Shown: piece after piece, positions 36,520-49,392 of the stretch | Layout of the letters: every line of letters begins with the position of its first letter | How positions within the stretch are numbered: the stretch's first letter is position 1 | Assembly: GCA_965235115.1 (NCBI GenBank) | Contig: OZ249450.1 | Span: 12,896,001-12,960,000 of the forward strand | Length of the DNA: 64,000 nucleotides | DNA from: Laetmonice hystrix | Lineage: Eukaryota | Reading direction: 5' to 3' | Position numbers and translations under genes: made by a program | Notes under the pieces: generated by a model | Seen by the model: only the letters and a program-made list of their open reading frames with translations | What the model was told of the DNA's origin: nothing | Databases searched by the model: none

Positions 36520-37560
36520 GCCAAGCCGGCCGACGCTAGTTTCTTCCCTCCGTTTTTTCCTCCCGTAAATTTGCGCTGGGTGAAGCCGACTGGGGGCCGT
36601 TGTGGAAGTCCGTCTGGTGGCAGCACCGGTCTGGTATCATTGGAAGAAGGGAGGGTTGGACACCGACCGGTAGCAACAGCTTCAGCAGCCGGAGCGGCGT
36701 GAGCACTGACTGGTGGAAACTACGTGACTGTATCATACTCCATCTCCCCGCCTGGGATGAGGCTGGCCCGACTGACTGACTGACGGACGGACTGGAGGTG
36801 GGTATATCACCCGACTGGAGCAGCGCTACCAGCCAGTCTCCAGTAACCCAGGATGCGAAGGGCAGAACCTGAGACGATACTGGAGGACGTGCCCCGAGTG
36901 TAGCCTACCTGTGGTTAACGGGAGACAGTCAGCGACAAGTCGGCTCTCAGCCAGCCAGCCAAACAACCAGCCTACTGCCTGCCTGCCTGCCTGCCTGCTG
37001 CTGTAACCCCGTCCTCGCTAGGTTTTCAGGACAACTCGTAAAGCCTGAGGCTCAACTGGAGTGAACTGAACAACACATCTGTTGTGCTGCTGGTTTGGGG
37101 AGACAGACAAAGGTGTAGGATACAGACAGCACATTGTGAGGGGTTGAGGCTGACTGCCGTGCCCACAGCCCAGACAGACACAGACTGCCTACCCCGTCAT
37201 CCCCGTGGGTTATTGTTCCCTTCACCCGAGCCACCTGGACCCAGACGGAGGAGCGGCTGACGGGGGAAGCGTGTGGGGGGAGTGGACAGATACAGCGGGT
37301 GGAGGCGGGAGTCGGTGGCGGCGGCGGCGGGTGGCAGCAGCGGCCGGGCCGGACGGTGGGAGGCCAACACGGACAACGGGCGGCATGCGGCCGAGCGCCG
37401 GCGGCAGCAGGGGCAGCGCGGCGGTGACGGTAAGCTATCGGCGGCCTACTGCCATGGGGAGGGATGGCAGCCGGGAGGGGGCCGGGAGGGGGCCGGGAGG
37501 AGGGGGGCTACTGCCTGAAGCCTGTCAATGAGCCGGCGGTGTTTTGTTATCTCTCCGTGA
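36520..37560. promoter_or_regulatory. GC/CpG-rich island, probable first-exon/5'-UTR region
   Basis: GGC runs, (gact)n and (ctgc)n microsatellites. Plus-strand donor GACG|GTAAGC at 37430, preceded by ATG at 37385 (MRPSAGGSRGSAAVT, phase 0). Minus-strand donor near 36910. Confidence 0.35.
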
Positions 37561-40527
37561 GGAGGGCGCCTGGTCTCAGACAGACTGGGAGCACAATAAG
37601 GTCTAGCCCACCAGTTCACAGTTCACAGTCAACGCATGTCGATATGTCGACGAGGCGGATTATATAGAGATGATGATGCGGGTGCAGGTGTACTAAACCT
37701 GGGTGACATCTTCCATGGTCTGACGGGCCCACAACGGGTTCAATGGTAAACTCTTCCGAGGAGAGGTGGGGGGAGGGGGGAGTGCATCAAAATGGAGAGG
37801 GGAACCGGGAGTGGCAGCTGGCAGTGGAGGGGGGCATTCTCCTATAGTTGGCAGGTCATGTGGGCTACTCGACACGTGCGTACACGTGCATGTCTGCACT
37901 CACTCCAGACGAACTCGGCGGACAAAGACTGGAGAGTCGTGTGAACCTGGTGACTGGTACAAGTCGAATGGTCATCGTAATAACAATATTGTGAACATGT
38001 TAGGTAATTAACGCAAATAATGATAATGACATGGTATAATTATTATGATATGATAATGACATGGTAATTATTTTATCATGATAATTTGTATGATAGAAAT
38101 TAGAACGACAGTAAAATGACTATACCTGATGAGAGACTGCGGTAGTATAGACCTATGTCCCCAAAAGAATGTCCAGGCCAAACTAGGCAACCTCAGAATA
38201 TAGGCTCCGTCATATCCTCATAGGGAATCTTCTTACATGGAAAACTGTCTTTAATTAATGGTGGAGCGAAGTATTTGTCCTTTTTTTACAGTGTTCAGTT
38301 CCAGCTGTCAGATAATGAGATCTGGATAATGAACTAGGCCTATAGGGCGTGACTTTACTGCGCTAAAAATGGCATAACTTTTGATTCGCTTGACTGATTT
38401 TCTGATGAAATAAGGACTGTTTTTCATGTAAGAAGATTCCCCATCAGGATCCGAGGGACATATAGATTCTTAGGTTGTCTGGTGCAGCGTGGACTGTTTG
38501 GGGGGGGACACCATGTATAGTGTCTGTATTCCGTCGTGGGTATACATTTGTATACGGTAAGTTCCATGGGGTCACAAGGAGACATGTACACTAATATACA
38601 TGTAAATGGAACACATGACAACATGCAGGATGTCGAGAGTGGGGACGATGTTGGCGATTTCCCACATGGCAAGGAATCAGAGCATCATTTTCTCCACTCG
38701 CGGGAAATCCCCCCCCCCCAGGCGGGAGAACGTTTGGTATAAATTAGGACTAGTCCTGTACTTTGTGAAGTTTACTCCCGTGGTTGGCCATCGGGAATAT
38801 TTCATCCATTGACTTGGTCTATTGCTTAGACCCACTGATAATCGAGTGTTAATCGATGAATCTGGTATGTCCTTCATACCCTGCGTGTTTGGCCGTACTC
38901 GTGTTACGTTTTCCCACGGGTTTAGGTATACAGTAAGCGCAGCACCATGCCGATCGCCTATATTGGTACCACCATGTTAACGTTCTTGTCAATCAAGGCG
39001 GGAAATGCCAAACGACTATTGGAAGATATCAGAGCCAATGTACTGGTGAGGTACATGGTCAGTGCGCTACCAGATTAATTAAACAAAACACGCTGGACTG
39101 GGCCGGACTGTGAGTAAATAATAACATAGTGATACAGAGCTGGAATTGGCCTGACGAACTGATGTTATAAGAAAACTATCTGCGCAGCTCGTTCTGACCG
39201 GGAGGTTGTCAGATAAAAACACGTCTGCTTTCTCTGTTTGACAGATATGAAGTCACGACTGGGACTATCTGACAGATAGTCACGACTGGGACTATTTGAC
39301 AGATATGAAGTCACGACTGGGACTATGCGGCGGTCCGTTGAACAGTTGTGGTTGATGTTGTAATGGAGGTTACAGTTATAGGGAGCGGAGAACAATTTAT
39401 TATCGGGGATTATTCCTGCTGCAGACCCCGGTACAGCCACAGACTCGTCCGTTGGACCTTTGCTGGCTGTTTTAACCACCAAGGGGTATATAGATCGACC
39501 AACTTGAATTAGAATAGGGGCCTCTCGATAACAGATGTCGCAGCATTCGGTTTTGGATCGAATCCAATTCGTGCATGTCGAAGAAAGATTGTTATGACAA
39601 CTGCCGTTTCATGCTGCAAGTAGTTTCCATCAATATGACCCTGATGGTTGCTGAGGTATGAAACACCAGTAAACTCCAACCTTTTCATGTTCTATAAATA
39701 GCTTTTAAAAGGACCACATCATACTTCCATCCCACAAAGCTGACAGAAGAGCCTGTCGCGTTGATCTGACGGGATTCCCAGTTGGATTATGTTTGGTAAT
39801 ACGCCTTAATCCCAGTGGCGGTTTTAAGTGGGCGGGGGTTACTGGGGTTACGAAGTAATTTTTCTTTTTTCCTGCTTGAACGATTCACACAAAACATACA
39901 CCCCCCCCCCCCCCGGTTGGCAACCCCCCCCCCCCCCCCGGTTGGCGCAAACCAGTACTAGATCCACGCCTGAATCTTGTGGATTATTCCATCCACATGA
40001 CTATAGGTATCCCTACACACATACATAGAACAGCTTGTGAGTGGATTTTTTTGTCATCAGTTATCCGGATAGAGCGAATAGGGAAAACCTTTTAGACGAT
40101 AAGTTCTGAGCTGAGCTGTGGTAACGGTCGGGCGGTCGTTTGGAGGTTTGGCTCTGGGTAAATTTGACAGGCCCACGCCTGCTGCGGAGCAGGCGTTGCC
40201 ATGGTAATACGGTTGGTTCCATATGGCGGAGGTGGTCATTTGTTTGTTTGTGTTGTGAGCCGCAGGGAGTGGGAGGTGGGTGGAGGGTTACGGACAGGTT
40301 GCCTTGACGTCATCACTGACCGACAGTGGTAGACCCTGTAGGAGATAGTTGCTATAGGTCAAGGAACGGATGTATTATACTTCATGTCTATACGATGTTT
40401 ACAGAGATCCATTTTTTCACTCAGCAGGCCGGTTTGTCGGTCTAAATCTGACGTTTCCCATCTCCCTGTGTGGGAATAGAATCTATCTGTATCCGTACAC
40501 TCAGCAGACCTACATCACCTTCATAAC

Positions 40528-42005
40528 GCCAGTCAATACATGTGGGGAGTCCTCACTGTAGTGTTTGCTCGAGTTTAAGGCCAGTCAATACATGTAGGGA
40601 GCCCTCACTGTAGTGTTTGCTCCAGGCTGACGCCAGCCAATACATGTAGAGAGCCCTCCCTGTACTGTTTGCTCCAGCCCAAGGCCAGTCATTACATGGA
40701 AGAAGCCCTCACTGTACTGTTTGCTCGAGTATAAGGCCAGTCAGTCCATGTGGGCAGCCCTCACTGTAGTGTTTGCTCCAGTCTAAGGCCAGCCAATACA
40801 TGTAGGGAGCCCTCACTGTAGGGTTTGCACCAGTCTAAGGCCAGACAATACATGTAGAGAGCCCTCACTGTAGTGTTTGCTCGAGTATAAGACCAGTCAA
40901 TACATGTAGGGAGCCCTCACTGTCGTGTTTGCTAGAGTATAAGGTCAGTCAATACATGTAGAGAACCCTCACTGTAGTGTTTGCTCGAGTAAAAGGCCAG
41001 TCAGTCCATGTGGGCAGCCCTCACTGTAGTGTTTGCTGCAGTCTAACGCCAGTCATTGCATGGAGGGAGCCCTCACTGTAGTGTTTGCTCGACAATAAGG
41101 CCAGTCAATACATGTAGGGAGCCCTCACTGTAATGTTTGCTTCAGTCTAAACTCAGTCAATACATGTAGAGAGCCTTCACTGTAGTGTTTGCTGCAGTCT
41201 GACGCCAGTCAATATTATGTAGGGAGTACTCACTGTAGTGTTTGCTCGACACTAAGGCCAGTCAATACATGTAGGGAACCCTCACTGTAGTATGACGCCA
41301 CTCAATACATGTAGGGAGTCCTCACTGCAGTGTTTGCTCGACACTAAGGCCAGTCAATACATGTAGGGAACCCTCACTGTAGTGTTTGTTGGAGTATAAA
41401 GCCAGTGAGTCCATGTGGGCAGCCCTCACTGTAGTGTTTGCTCCAGTCTGAGGCCAGTCAATACATGTAGGGAGCCATCATTGTAGTGTTTGCTCGAGTA
41501 TAAGGCCAGCCAATACATGTAGAGAGCCCTCACTGTAGTGGTTGCTAGAGTATAAGGCCAGTCAGTACATGTGGTGAGCACTCAGTGTAGTGTTTGTTCG
41601 AGTATAAGGTCAGTCAATACATGTTAGGAGCCGTCACTGTAGTGTTTGCTCGAGTATAAGGCCAGTCAATACATATGGGGAGCCCTCATTGTACTGTTTG
41701 CTCCAGTATAAGGCCAGCCAATACATAGAGGGAACCCTCACTCTATTGTTTTCTCCAGGCCAAGGGCGGTCAATACATGTAAGGAGCCCTCACTGTATTG
41801 TTTGCTCGAGTACATGTTGGGAGCCCTCACTGTAGTGTTTGCTCGAGTAAGAGGCCAGTCAATACATGTAGCGAGCCCTCACTCTAGTGTTGCTCCAGCT
41901 CAAGGCCAGTCAATACATGTAGGGAACCCTCACTGTAGTGTTTGCTCCAGTCTAAGGCTAGCCAATACATGTAGAGAGCCCTCACTGTAGTGTTTGCTCG
42001 AGTAT
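40528..42005. repeat. degenerate 52-bp minisatellite, ~28 copies
   Basis: Consensus gccagtcaatacatgtagggagccctcactgtagtgtttgctcgagtataag; several substitutions per copy, so older than the other arrays. Confidence 0.95.
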
Positions 42006-42422
42006 ATGTCAGTTTATCAGCATCATGGAAGATGCATAGAAACATGCATGGAGGCACCCAGAGTGTACTTGTATGTGGCATATAGTATAGCTGAACATCT
42101 GTCTCCTTCACACACATGTGCTCACAATTAGAAGACTTTATCAGGACCTCGTTCAGTACGCCCGCCTCTATCCACGCGGAGAGCACGTGTCTTTGTGAAT
42201 GCCTGGCCACAATCTGCCCGCATCACGTGGAGTGGACCTAATTATAAAAGATATGAGGTACATGTATCGTTTTCTCGAATCACTTGATGCTAGCATGAAC
42301 AGGCCCAGCGGGCTGCAACTATAGACAGTGTATCCGTGTACATACATGGCATTCAGACCGTCCGCCTGTCCCAGAGTTTATGATGTTACCGCAATCTGAC
42401 ACATCTGAAGTGATATGCCTTA

Positions 42423-42649
42423 CAGCGTATCCAGGAGGGGGGGGGGGGGTCCAATTATCCCGGAGCTCCCCTCGAAAAATTTAAGGACATTTTCGTAAAA
42501 AAAGGGTGTAAAATGCATTATTTTAACCAAAGGGAACCTTCATATTTCCACACGAAATGTCCCGATTGCATTAGCTGTATTTGATGTCTTTTTTTAATTT
42601 CCCAGAGGAGCTTCGGACCCCCCTTAAAATATTTCTGGATACCCCGCTG
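42423..42649. mobile_element. G/C-tract MITE-like element
   Basis: Left cagcgtatccagg plus G-tract; right C-tract...ttctggataccccgctg. Imperfect TIR. Confidence 0.5.
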
Positions 42650-43795
42650 CTTCCTCTCTCACTGGGAAGGACGCCCCTGTTCCGCGCCAGACAAGTTTCA
42701 GACACGGAACCGGACGCTATAGACAGTATACATAAACGAAAGGGACAGCATGTACATTATGGTAGGAGGAAATCATTGCCTCAGGGAAAAATTCAAATGG
42801 CTTGTCGCATATTTTGAGAAAGAGTCATATATCTCCTGCAAAAAAGGATTACTTATCATAAGTTATGGGTCCCCATGGCCTGTTTGTGTATGCTGAGCGA
42901 AAAGCTTTCGACGACTAGAAACAACCAATAGGTTTCGTTGACGGTTGTGCAGAGTCGGTCGACGTAACAGTCGTACGTGTGGATATGCAAGGTTTGTACA
43001 ATGCGCGATTCGACGAGAATTGTGGTTTGGCGGCCCAAACTGAGGACAGCGGAATTCCGGTTCCGGTCATTTAGCCTTGCTAGGCACATTGAAGAACTTT
43101 CTATCAACTTCAACCCATGATAGCTACATATTTATTGCTCTCTTATTCATCAAACTTCCTATACATGTACATGAGAACCAATTTCTTTTCTGTTAGAAAA
43201 AAATACATTGTATCCACAAGAGATATTTAATTGTCAAAAAAGGCTAAAATTTGTAGAGGTGTGCGTTCACCCTAATGTTCAACCAATGGGGAATTGTGAC
43301 GTAACGAAAGCTGCATGTCGTCAGCGATGCTTGTTAACATAACGTTTTGATAACTAGGTCACGAGACTTACGCTTCCTATTTAGAAGGTTATTAAGTCCA
43401 GTGATATAGCCAACAGCCTTCCACAGTGACCTTTAGACCTACTCATAAAATCCAGCATGTGCCCGGGTATGTGATGAAAGTAGTGTAGATTCACGGGGAC
43501 ATAAGTAGAAAACAGCACATAAGTTTGACAGAAATAAGAATAAACAAATTCACGCTGATACACACATCTAGCCCTAATTTAATATAGAGCGCATGGGCGT
43601 GGGTGGTGCCAGATAGTTTTCTAAAGGTCTGGATTAAAAACAGGAACGGACTAACGAGTTCCAACTGTGAAATCGTCCAGCCGCCCCCCCCCCCCTCCAC
43701 GACCATACCAATTTCTGCTGACATGTTCTTACACTTCCACAGGACTCGATGTTCGGTTTTGTGATATTATCTCTGAAAGTGTGTTGATGATGCTC

Positions 43796-44004
43796 CAGGG
43801 GCCCGTTTCTCTAAGCGAGGACATCCCCAAGTGGGGACATCCACGATTTAGAGACATCCCGTTTCACTAAAATGTCCTCGAAATTAACATTGCCTGAATT
43901 GGGGATGACCCCAGGGAGGGACATGTTAGTGGAACACTTTGAGTGGGGATGTCCCCAAATCAGGGATGTCCCGGGGATGTCACCGTTAGTGAAACGGGCC
44001 TCTG
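43796..44004. mobile_element. 209-bp MITE with CAG(G/A)GGCCC termini
   Basis: caggggcccgtttctctaa versus ttagtgaaacgggcctctg (17/19). Internal ggacatccc/gggatgtcc inverted motifs. Terminus type resembles the 22299 element. Confidence 0.7.
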
Positions 44005-46286
44005 ATGACAACTGCTGGCCCGCATTTACACCCTATAGGCCTAGGCCGTCTATGGACGCCTCATAAATCATACCTTGGGCGATCTCGTTCGTCTAATGAC
44101 TGTAGGCATAATAAAGATGACACCATTTATAATTATGATGATGACAGTGAAAGCAATGCTAACAATGCTGGCAGACTGGCCAAGCGTGTAATCTCAGTAT
44201 CTAAGGCCAAAGTCCTTGTAAGCCTAGGCCTTTAGCCTAAATGTAGGCGTTTGCAAACTATTTATATCAATCTAAATATAGGTACATGTCCGATATGACT
44301 TGCTGATCCGGGACGGGCTGATCAAGAGAATGGTCTCGGGAGAACTCCGACATCACGTGGGTGAGAACGCGAAAATGACGGAACGTAATCACATAAGTAG
44401 GTCAGTGAGGTGCCGCGTCCTGCCGGTTTGTTATCGAGAACGTCACGTCAACAGACGGACGCCACATAGGGCCGCCCAGTAATGAAGGGCAAGGGGCTCG
44501 ACGAAGTGTGTACGCCTAAATATGTGCGGGTTAACGCAAAGTGCGACCGGTTGGAACTGATTACTTTGATGTATGAGTGCGTTATGTAAGTCTCGACAGT
44601 AAGGGTAACGAAGATTTGTTCCCAGCTGTCACATTAGTTTGCCCTCTCTCGAGCACCCCCGTCTCTCAGCGTTCCTACCCAGTCGAGGGTCCTTGACTGA
44701 GAGGTCCTTGACTGAGAGGTAACTGAGAGGTCCTTGACTAAGAGGTAAAATAAACACCCGCTACAACCTGACCTAACCCGTGCTCATCACGGCGCATGCG
44801 CTGTGTAGCTCATTTACGGTCGCTTTAACAAGAACATTGAGGAGTGCGTCGAACCAACGTTCGCATTAATTAAATCTGGAAGCTTTGATGACATAATAGG
44901 CCCTCAGCCCCGGATGTAATTAAGAACAAAGCCCAGGTTTTAATCCCAACCTCGCGTGCCGACTGGGCCTTTTTTTTACCGGCCAATATTGAATTCATTA
45001 CAGCCGTTTGAGGTGTTTATTTTTGCATGACAGTCTCAGACAGAACCGCGTTGGTCGCCGCTCACTGACGGTTGACTGTACCTGTGTAGGTTAGAAATGG
45101 AACAACCGAAATCCTAAATGTCAAATAACTGGCACCCAACTATACGACGACCACCACCTCGCCACCGTGCTCCTAACAATATAACTACAACTGCCAACAA
45201 CAATGTGCAACTCCACTACAATGGGAAATGGGAACACATTTTTACCTTTAGCAGTTTGAGTGAAGAAAGGCAATGTGGGTGCTTTAATGTCGATGCTTTC
45301 AACAGACGGACATCTTTTGTGTATTTCACATTCATTACTAGTGACAAGAAAATAGGAACTGCGCATTAACTGTCTGTTAGATCCATTATGTATAGTAATG
45401 TACAACAGAAATTAAGCCATCTTTACCTGCGCCAGGAATAATTTTCAATGCTAATAGTTTCCTCATCCCACTGAGATAACCATATTGAGGAATTAGTACA
45501 GGCAGGTGGTTGAGCTTACAAGATTTCAAGGCGGAAGATATCTAAGATAACAAGGGGTACTTTTTTAAAAGTGGTTCTATAATTTGAATAATTACGATTC
45601 GGTATTAGGCATTTAATATGCAATACGTCCATAAGGATTCGTCCCGATATCACAGCATGGAGAAGGAAGGCAGATATCTGTCATCTATAATGACACTCCA
45701 TACTCGAGCGGTCTCTGGGAAATATATATACCATGAACTTAATTCCAAACTCGCGAACCACTTGTGTCTGCCGACCCTACAACAGCACCAACCCAAAACC
45801 AATATAAAACCAGCAGTATGGGATGCCAACAGGACCTTAATCCCATTCATAAACATCCATAATTCATAACAATATTCATGAATGAGAATTCCTTGTCGGC
45901 CTTCCATACGGACGAGGTCCATTGGGGAGTATCGCACCCTGTTGAAGGGAGACAACCCGTTGAGCTATGGGGGCGCCTCCAATTGTGACAGCACATTTAT
46001 AGTTCAATCCACCCCACTTTCTATTAGTAGGAGCACAGGACACCTGTACGCTGTCAGGGTGGCGCACCATACATTATTCAGCGGACAACGTAAAATCGGT
46101 CGGAAGTATGTATACTTAGTAGCGGAATACATCTATCATATTATCTTCAGAAGTACTTCATGGATAATTGTCAGGGAGGGTGACCGAGTCGCAGGAGAAA
46201 ATAACATGCTGGTAAGCGGTTGTACCTCGGCTACCATGCTCATTAGGGTGTAGCTTTATTTAAAGGAGAAAGTGGCTCCTGCATGC

Positions 46287-46544
46287 CGGTGTGAACGGAA
46301 TGTAAGTCCGCTGGTATGGAGGTCCGCCGGACCTGGATTTCTTGGTTATACAGGTCCTAGGTCATCAACTTCGTGGTATAGGACAATATAATTACGAAAA
46401 TCCAAATGAATTAGGGTTAAGGTTTGGATTAGCGATAGGATTATAAAAAAAAATTAAAATAATACAGCATTACGGACTTCAATTCCTATAGGAATGCAGG
46501 TCCGTCGGACCTGCATTTCAGGGGGACCTACATTCCTCTCACCG
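46287..46544. mobile_element. ~258-bp MITE-like element
   Basis: cggtgtgaacggaatgtaagtcc versus ggacctacattcctctcaccg. Subterminal aggtccg.cggacct palindromes and an internal ttagggtta-like stretch. Confidence 0.6.
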
Positions 46545-47146
46545 TTGATGCTCGGAAGTAGTCTATGGAAACAGGCCTATATTCCAGGAACTGTAAGGAA
46601 AGCCTGAAGGCGCGGCCGCTTTATGCAACCTTTTTCTTAAAGGGACTGTATCTCACAAACAAAACCTAACGTAAAGAGGACGCTATATTCTCATTCTCTT
46701 CCAGTCAGTAGTCTATAACGAGTACCGTGTTTATTTTGGTCGTGAATGTGTTAAGAGCGCGGCTTAACTCGATGGTATTTACGAAGGTGACCTTTGATAA
46801 TAGTCGTGTATACATCAGTATATGCATGACTTGGCGTAGTCATGGCAACAGGAGGGGGAAAGGAATAAAGGCCGGGTGAAAGTCCATATCAATGAGCGCA
46901 GCCATCAATCATGGAATGCTGTAAGATATTTGCCCTCCTCCTGTGTCATATAAGAAAGGGGAAGAGAGGTAGAAACGGATGAAAGGATAAAGGGATTATC
47001 TCAGTGTTAGAGGGAATCTTTGAGTGTAAAATCTTGTAGTGTAAAGCATGATATAAAAACTACCTTTCAATGCATCAGTTTAGAAAAATAGAACACTGGC
47101 ACACATACCAGGTACGTGGAGTAAAACAAGCCAGGCCTAATTAACG

Positions 47147-47313
47147 TATCAAGATATATCAACTAAAAGGTATCATTAATAATATATCAAGATATATCAA
47201 CTAAAAGGTATCATTAATAATATATCAAGATATATCAACTAAAAGGTATCATTAATAATATATCAAGATATATCAACTAAAAGGTAGCATTAATAATATC
47301 AAGGTATCAACTA
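47147..47313. repeat. 38-bp AT-rich tandem repeat, ~4 copies
   Basis: Unit aactaaaaggtatcattaataatatatcaagatatatc. Confidence 0.9.
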
Positions 47314-47647
47314 GAACAAGCCACCCTATTCAACGCAATGCCTACAGAAATGATGGAATATGCAACACCTTCTTACTTTATTCTCGTTTTGTTGCGAATG
47401 CTACAAAGTTTAGAACCTAATAGTTAATAAAGTCATTGATAAATTGATAAAGTTATAGATTTTGTCCCGGATTGTTGTAAATCCTTGCGGCTACCGTTGA
47501 GATAGGACCTTATTGATGGAACCAAGCTGGGGCATGCTCAGCGGCCGTTCATTATGAACTCAGCAGGCCGTGGTCAAATCGCCACGATCAGAGACCCGAC
47601 AAACGGCCCCAATGGACGAGAACCCGGGCTCGGTAGGTTATATCAAA

Positions 47648-47732
47648 GTCACGTGAGATTATGTCCAATCATGATTGGTTGGTTTCAACACGAGTCTGGG
47701 ACGCGCCCTCAAAGCCTGGTGCCCAGACTCGT
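47648..47732. promoter_or_regulatory. cluster of palindromic motifs (E-box, double CCAAT, 11-bp inverted repeat)
   Basis: GTCACGTGAG at 47648; perfect palindrome CCAATCATGATTGG at 47665-47678; acgagtctggg (47690) / cccagactcgt (47722). Confidence 0.35.
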
Positions 47733-48281
47733 TATTGAGAACCGGTCGACGCCGACCGGGGTAGAGACGGCAGCTACGTGCGAGAAACTATTTATCACCC
47801 CGGTATTGATTTCGGACTCTCAGCCACAGTGTTTCTCTTGGTGATATTAAGTCGAGAGTTTCGTCCAGTTTTTCTTTCATTAGTGCTTCATGTAATTGTC
47901 ACGTTTGGAACTGAATGTAGAGGAATTCATGCGCATATTTATACATACACGGCAAATTTCATACTATATTTAGTATTTGCACGCATTTGCGGAATTACTT
48001 TGGGCAGATTAGAAAGAATTCTGAAGTGCGTTTCTATTATGCATGTACGTCTCTCATCAAAGACGTCTTGTGTGTATGTACAAAAAGGAATTTGGCAAAG
48101 TTTGAGAGAACTTCTGGTTTTACGTGTCTGCCTGCAATATTCATATGCTGTAAAACATTAGCAAACAGCGTCGCCTGAGTTTATGCCCCTAGCATGGAGA
48201 TATAATGATATTGAGAAGTAACGTTACTTCTCACAAGCTGGAGATTAGTGCGTCTCTGCTTCTCATTTCTCGAACTATTGC

Positions 48282-48521
48282 CACCTGTTATTAGACACAG
48301 ATTGTGGGATCGCCTCTGTGCGGGTATAGTGGTTACAGTGTTCACCTGTCATTAGGCACAGATTCTGGGATCGCCTCTGTACAGGTATAGTGGTTACAGT
48401 GTTCACCTGTCATTAGGCACAGATTGTAGGATCGCCACTGTACAGGTATAGTGGTTACAGTGTTCACCTGTCATTAGGCACAGATTGTGGGATCGCCACT
48501 GTACAGGTATAGTGGTTACAG
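48282..48521. repeat. 61-bp tandem repeat, ~4 copies, with tRNA-like segment
   Basis: Unit attaggcacagattgtgggatcgcctctgtacaggtatagtggttacagtgttcacctgtc. Confidence 0.9.
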
Positions 48522-49216
48522 TTTTACCTTTTTCCATAATTCAGAGAGAAGGCTCACAGCATATATTTTCTTCTATTGGTGCCTATAGGCCTATACATTC
48601 TAGATGTTCCATATTCTATGTTTGATCTAGCCGCCTGGAAAACGTGAAATTGTAGGACATGTTTCCTGCCCACATGCCTTACCATAAATAACTTACGGCT
48701 GGCGTATAGCTGCGTCATAACGACACGCTGCTCACAGTCGACATTAGAGAAATTCCCATTCAAGTTGAATAATAGCCTCGTTACGAATCTCAAGTGAGTA
48801 TTTTTCAGTATGTTTTACGAGCTGTTGGCGTCCAACAGGAAGTTTGCGATAATCAATACACACTAGGTGTTGGCGAAGTCGGGTGCGGGAGGTAGAGATT
48901 GCCATCTTAGGTAACGTGCCTGTGTTTATAGATAGTCTACATGGGGCCGGCTCGTTTGTTGGGAGATTTACTACCGCTTGACCTCGGCAGTAACGGCGCA
49001 TGGGCCGCTCTTATGATGGCGGTGGAGATGGTGACACGGCTAGCTTGCGATCAATTGGTTATGGGTAACTTGGGGATACACAATATGGCGATGGTTGGCA
49101 TCCAGTCCCCAGGGACGGGCCATTTGATTTGTGGACGACCGCCTCCCTCATTGGATTCAGCAATAATCCGATTTAAGATGTCCACTTACAGCCGGAAGTG
49201 GAGCTTTTCTTATTCC

Positions 49217-49392
49217 GGACGTTCCAGGCTTGAAAACGGTTGGATCGTCTGGTGTTGTTATGACGTAGCGTGGCGCGACATGACGCTGTTTGACGTGACG
49301 GAACGTTCCACGCTTGAAAACGATTGGATCGTCTGGTTGTATTGTTATGACGTAGCGTGTCGCGACATGATGCTGTTTGACGTGACGGAACG
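49217..49392. repeat. 84/87-bp tandem duplication rich in TGACGT half-sites
   Basis: Two copies of acgttcca.gcttgaaaacg.ttggatcgtctgg...tatgacgtagcgtg.cgcgacatga.gctgtttgacgtgacgga. Confidence 0.85.

Noticed and set aside
45790-45900. YGMPTG...IFMNE, faintly like Penelope RT
   Set aside because: Needs several frameshifts and stops; similarity too weak to support.
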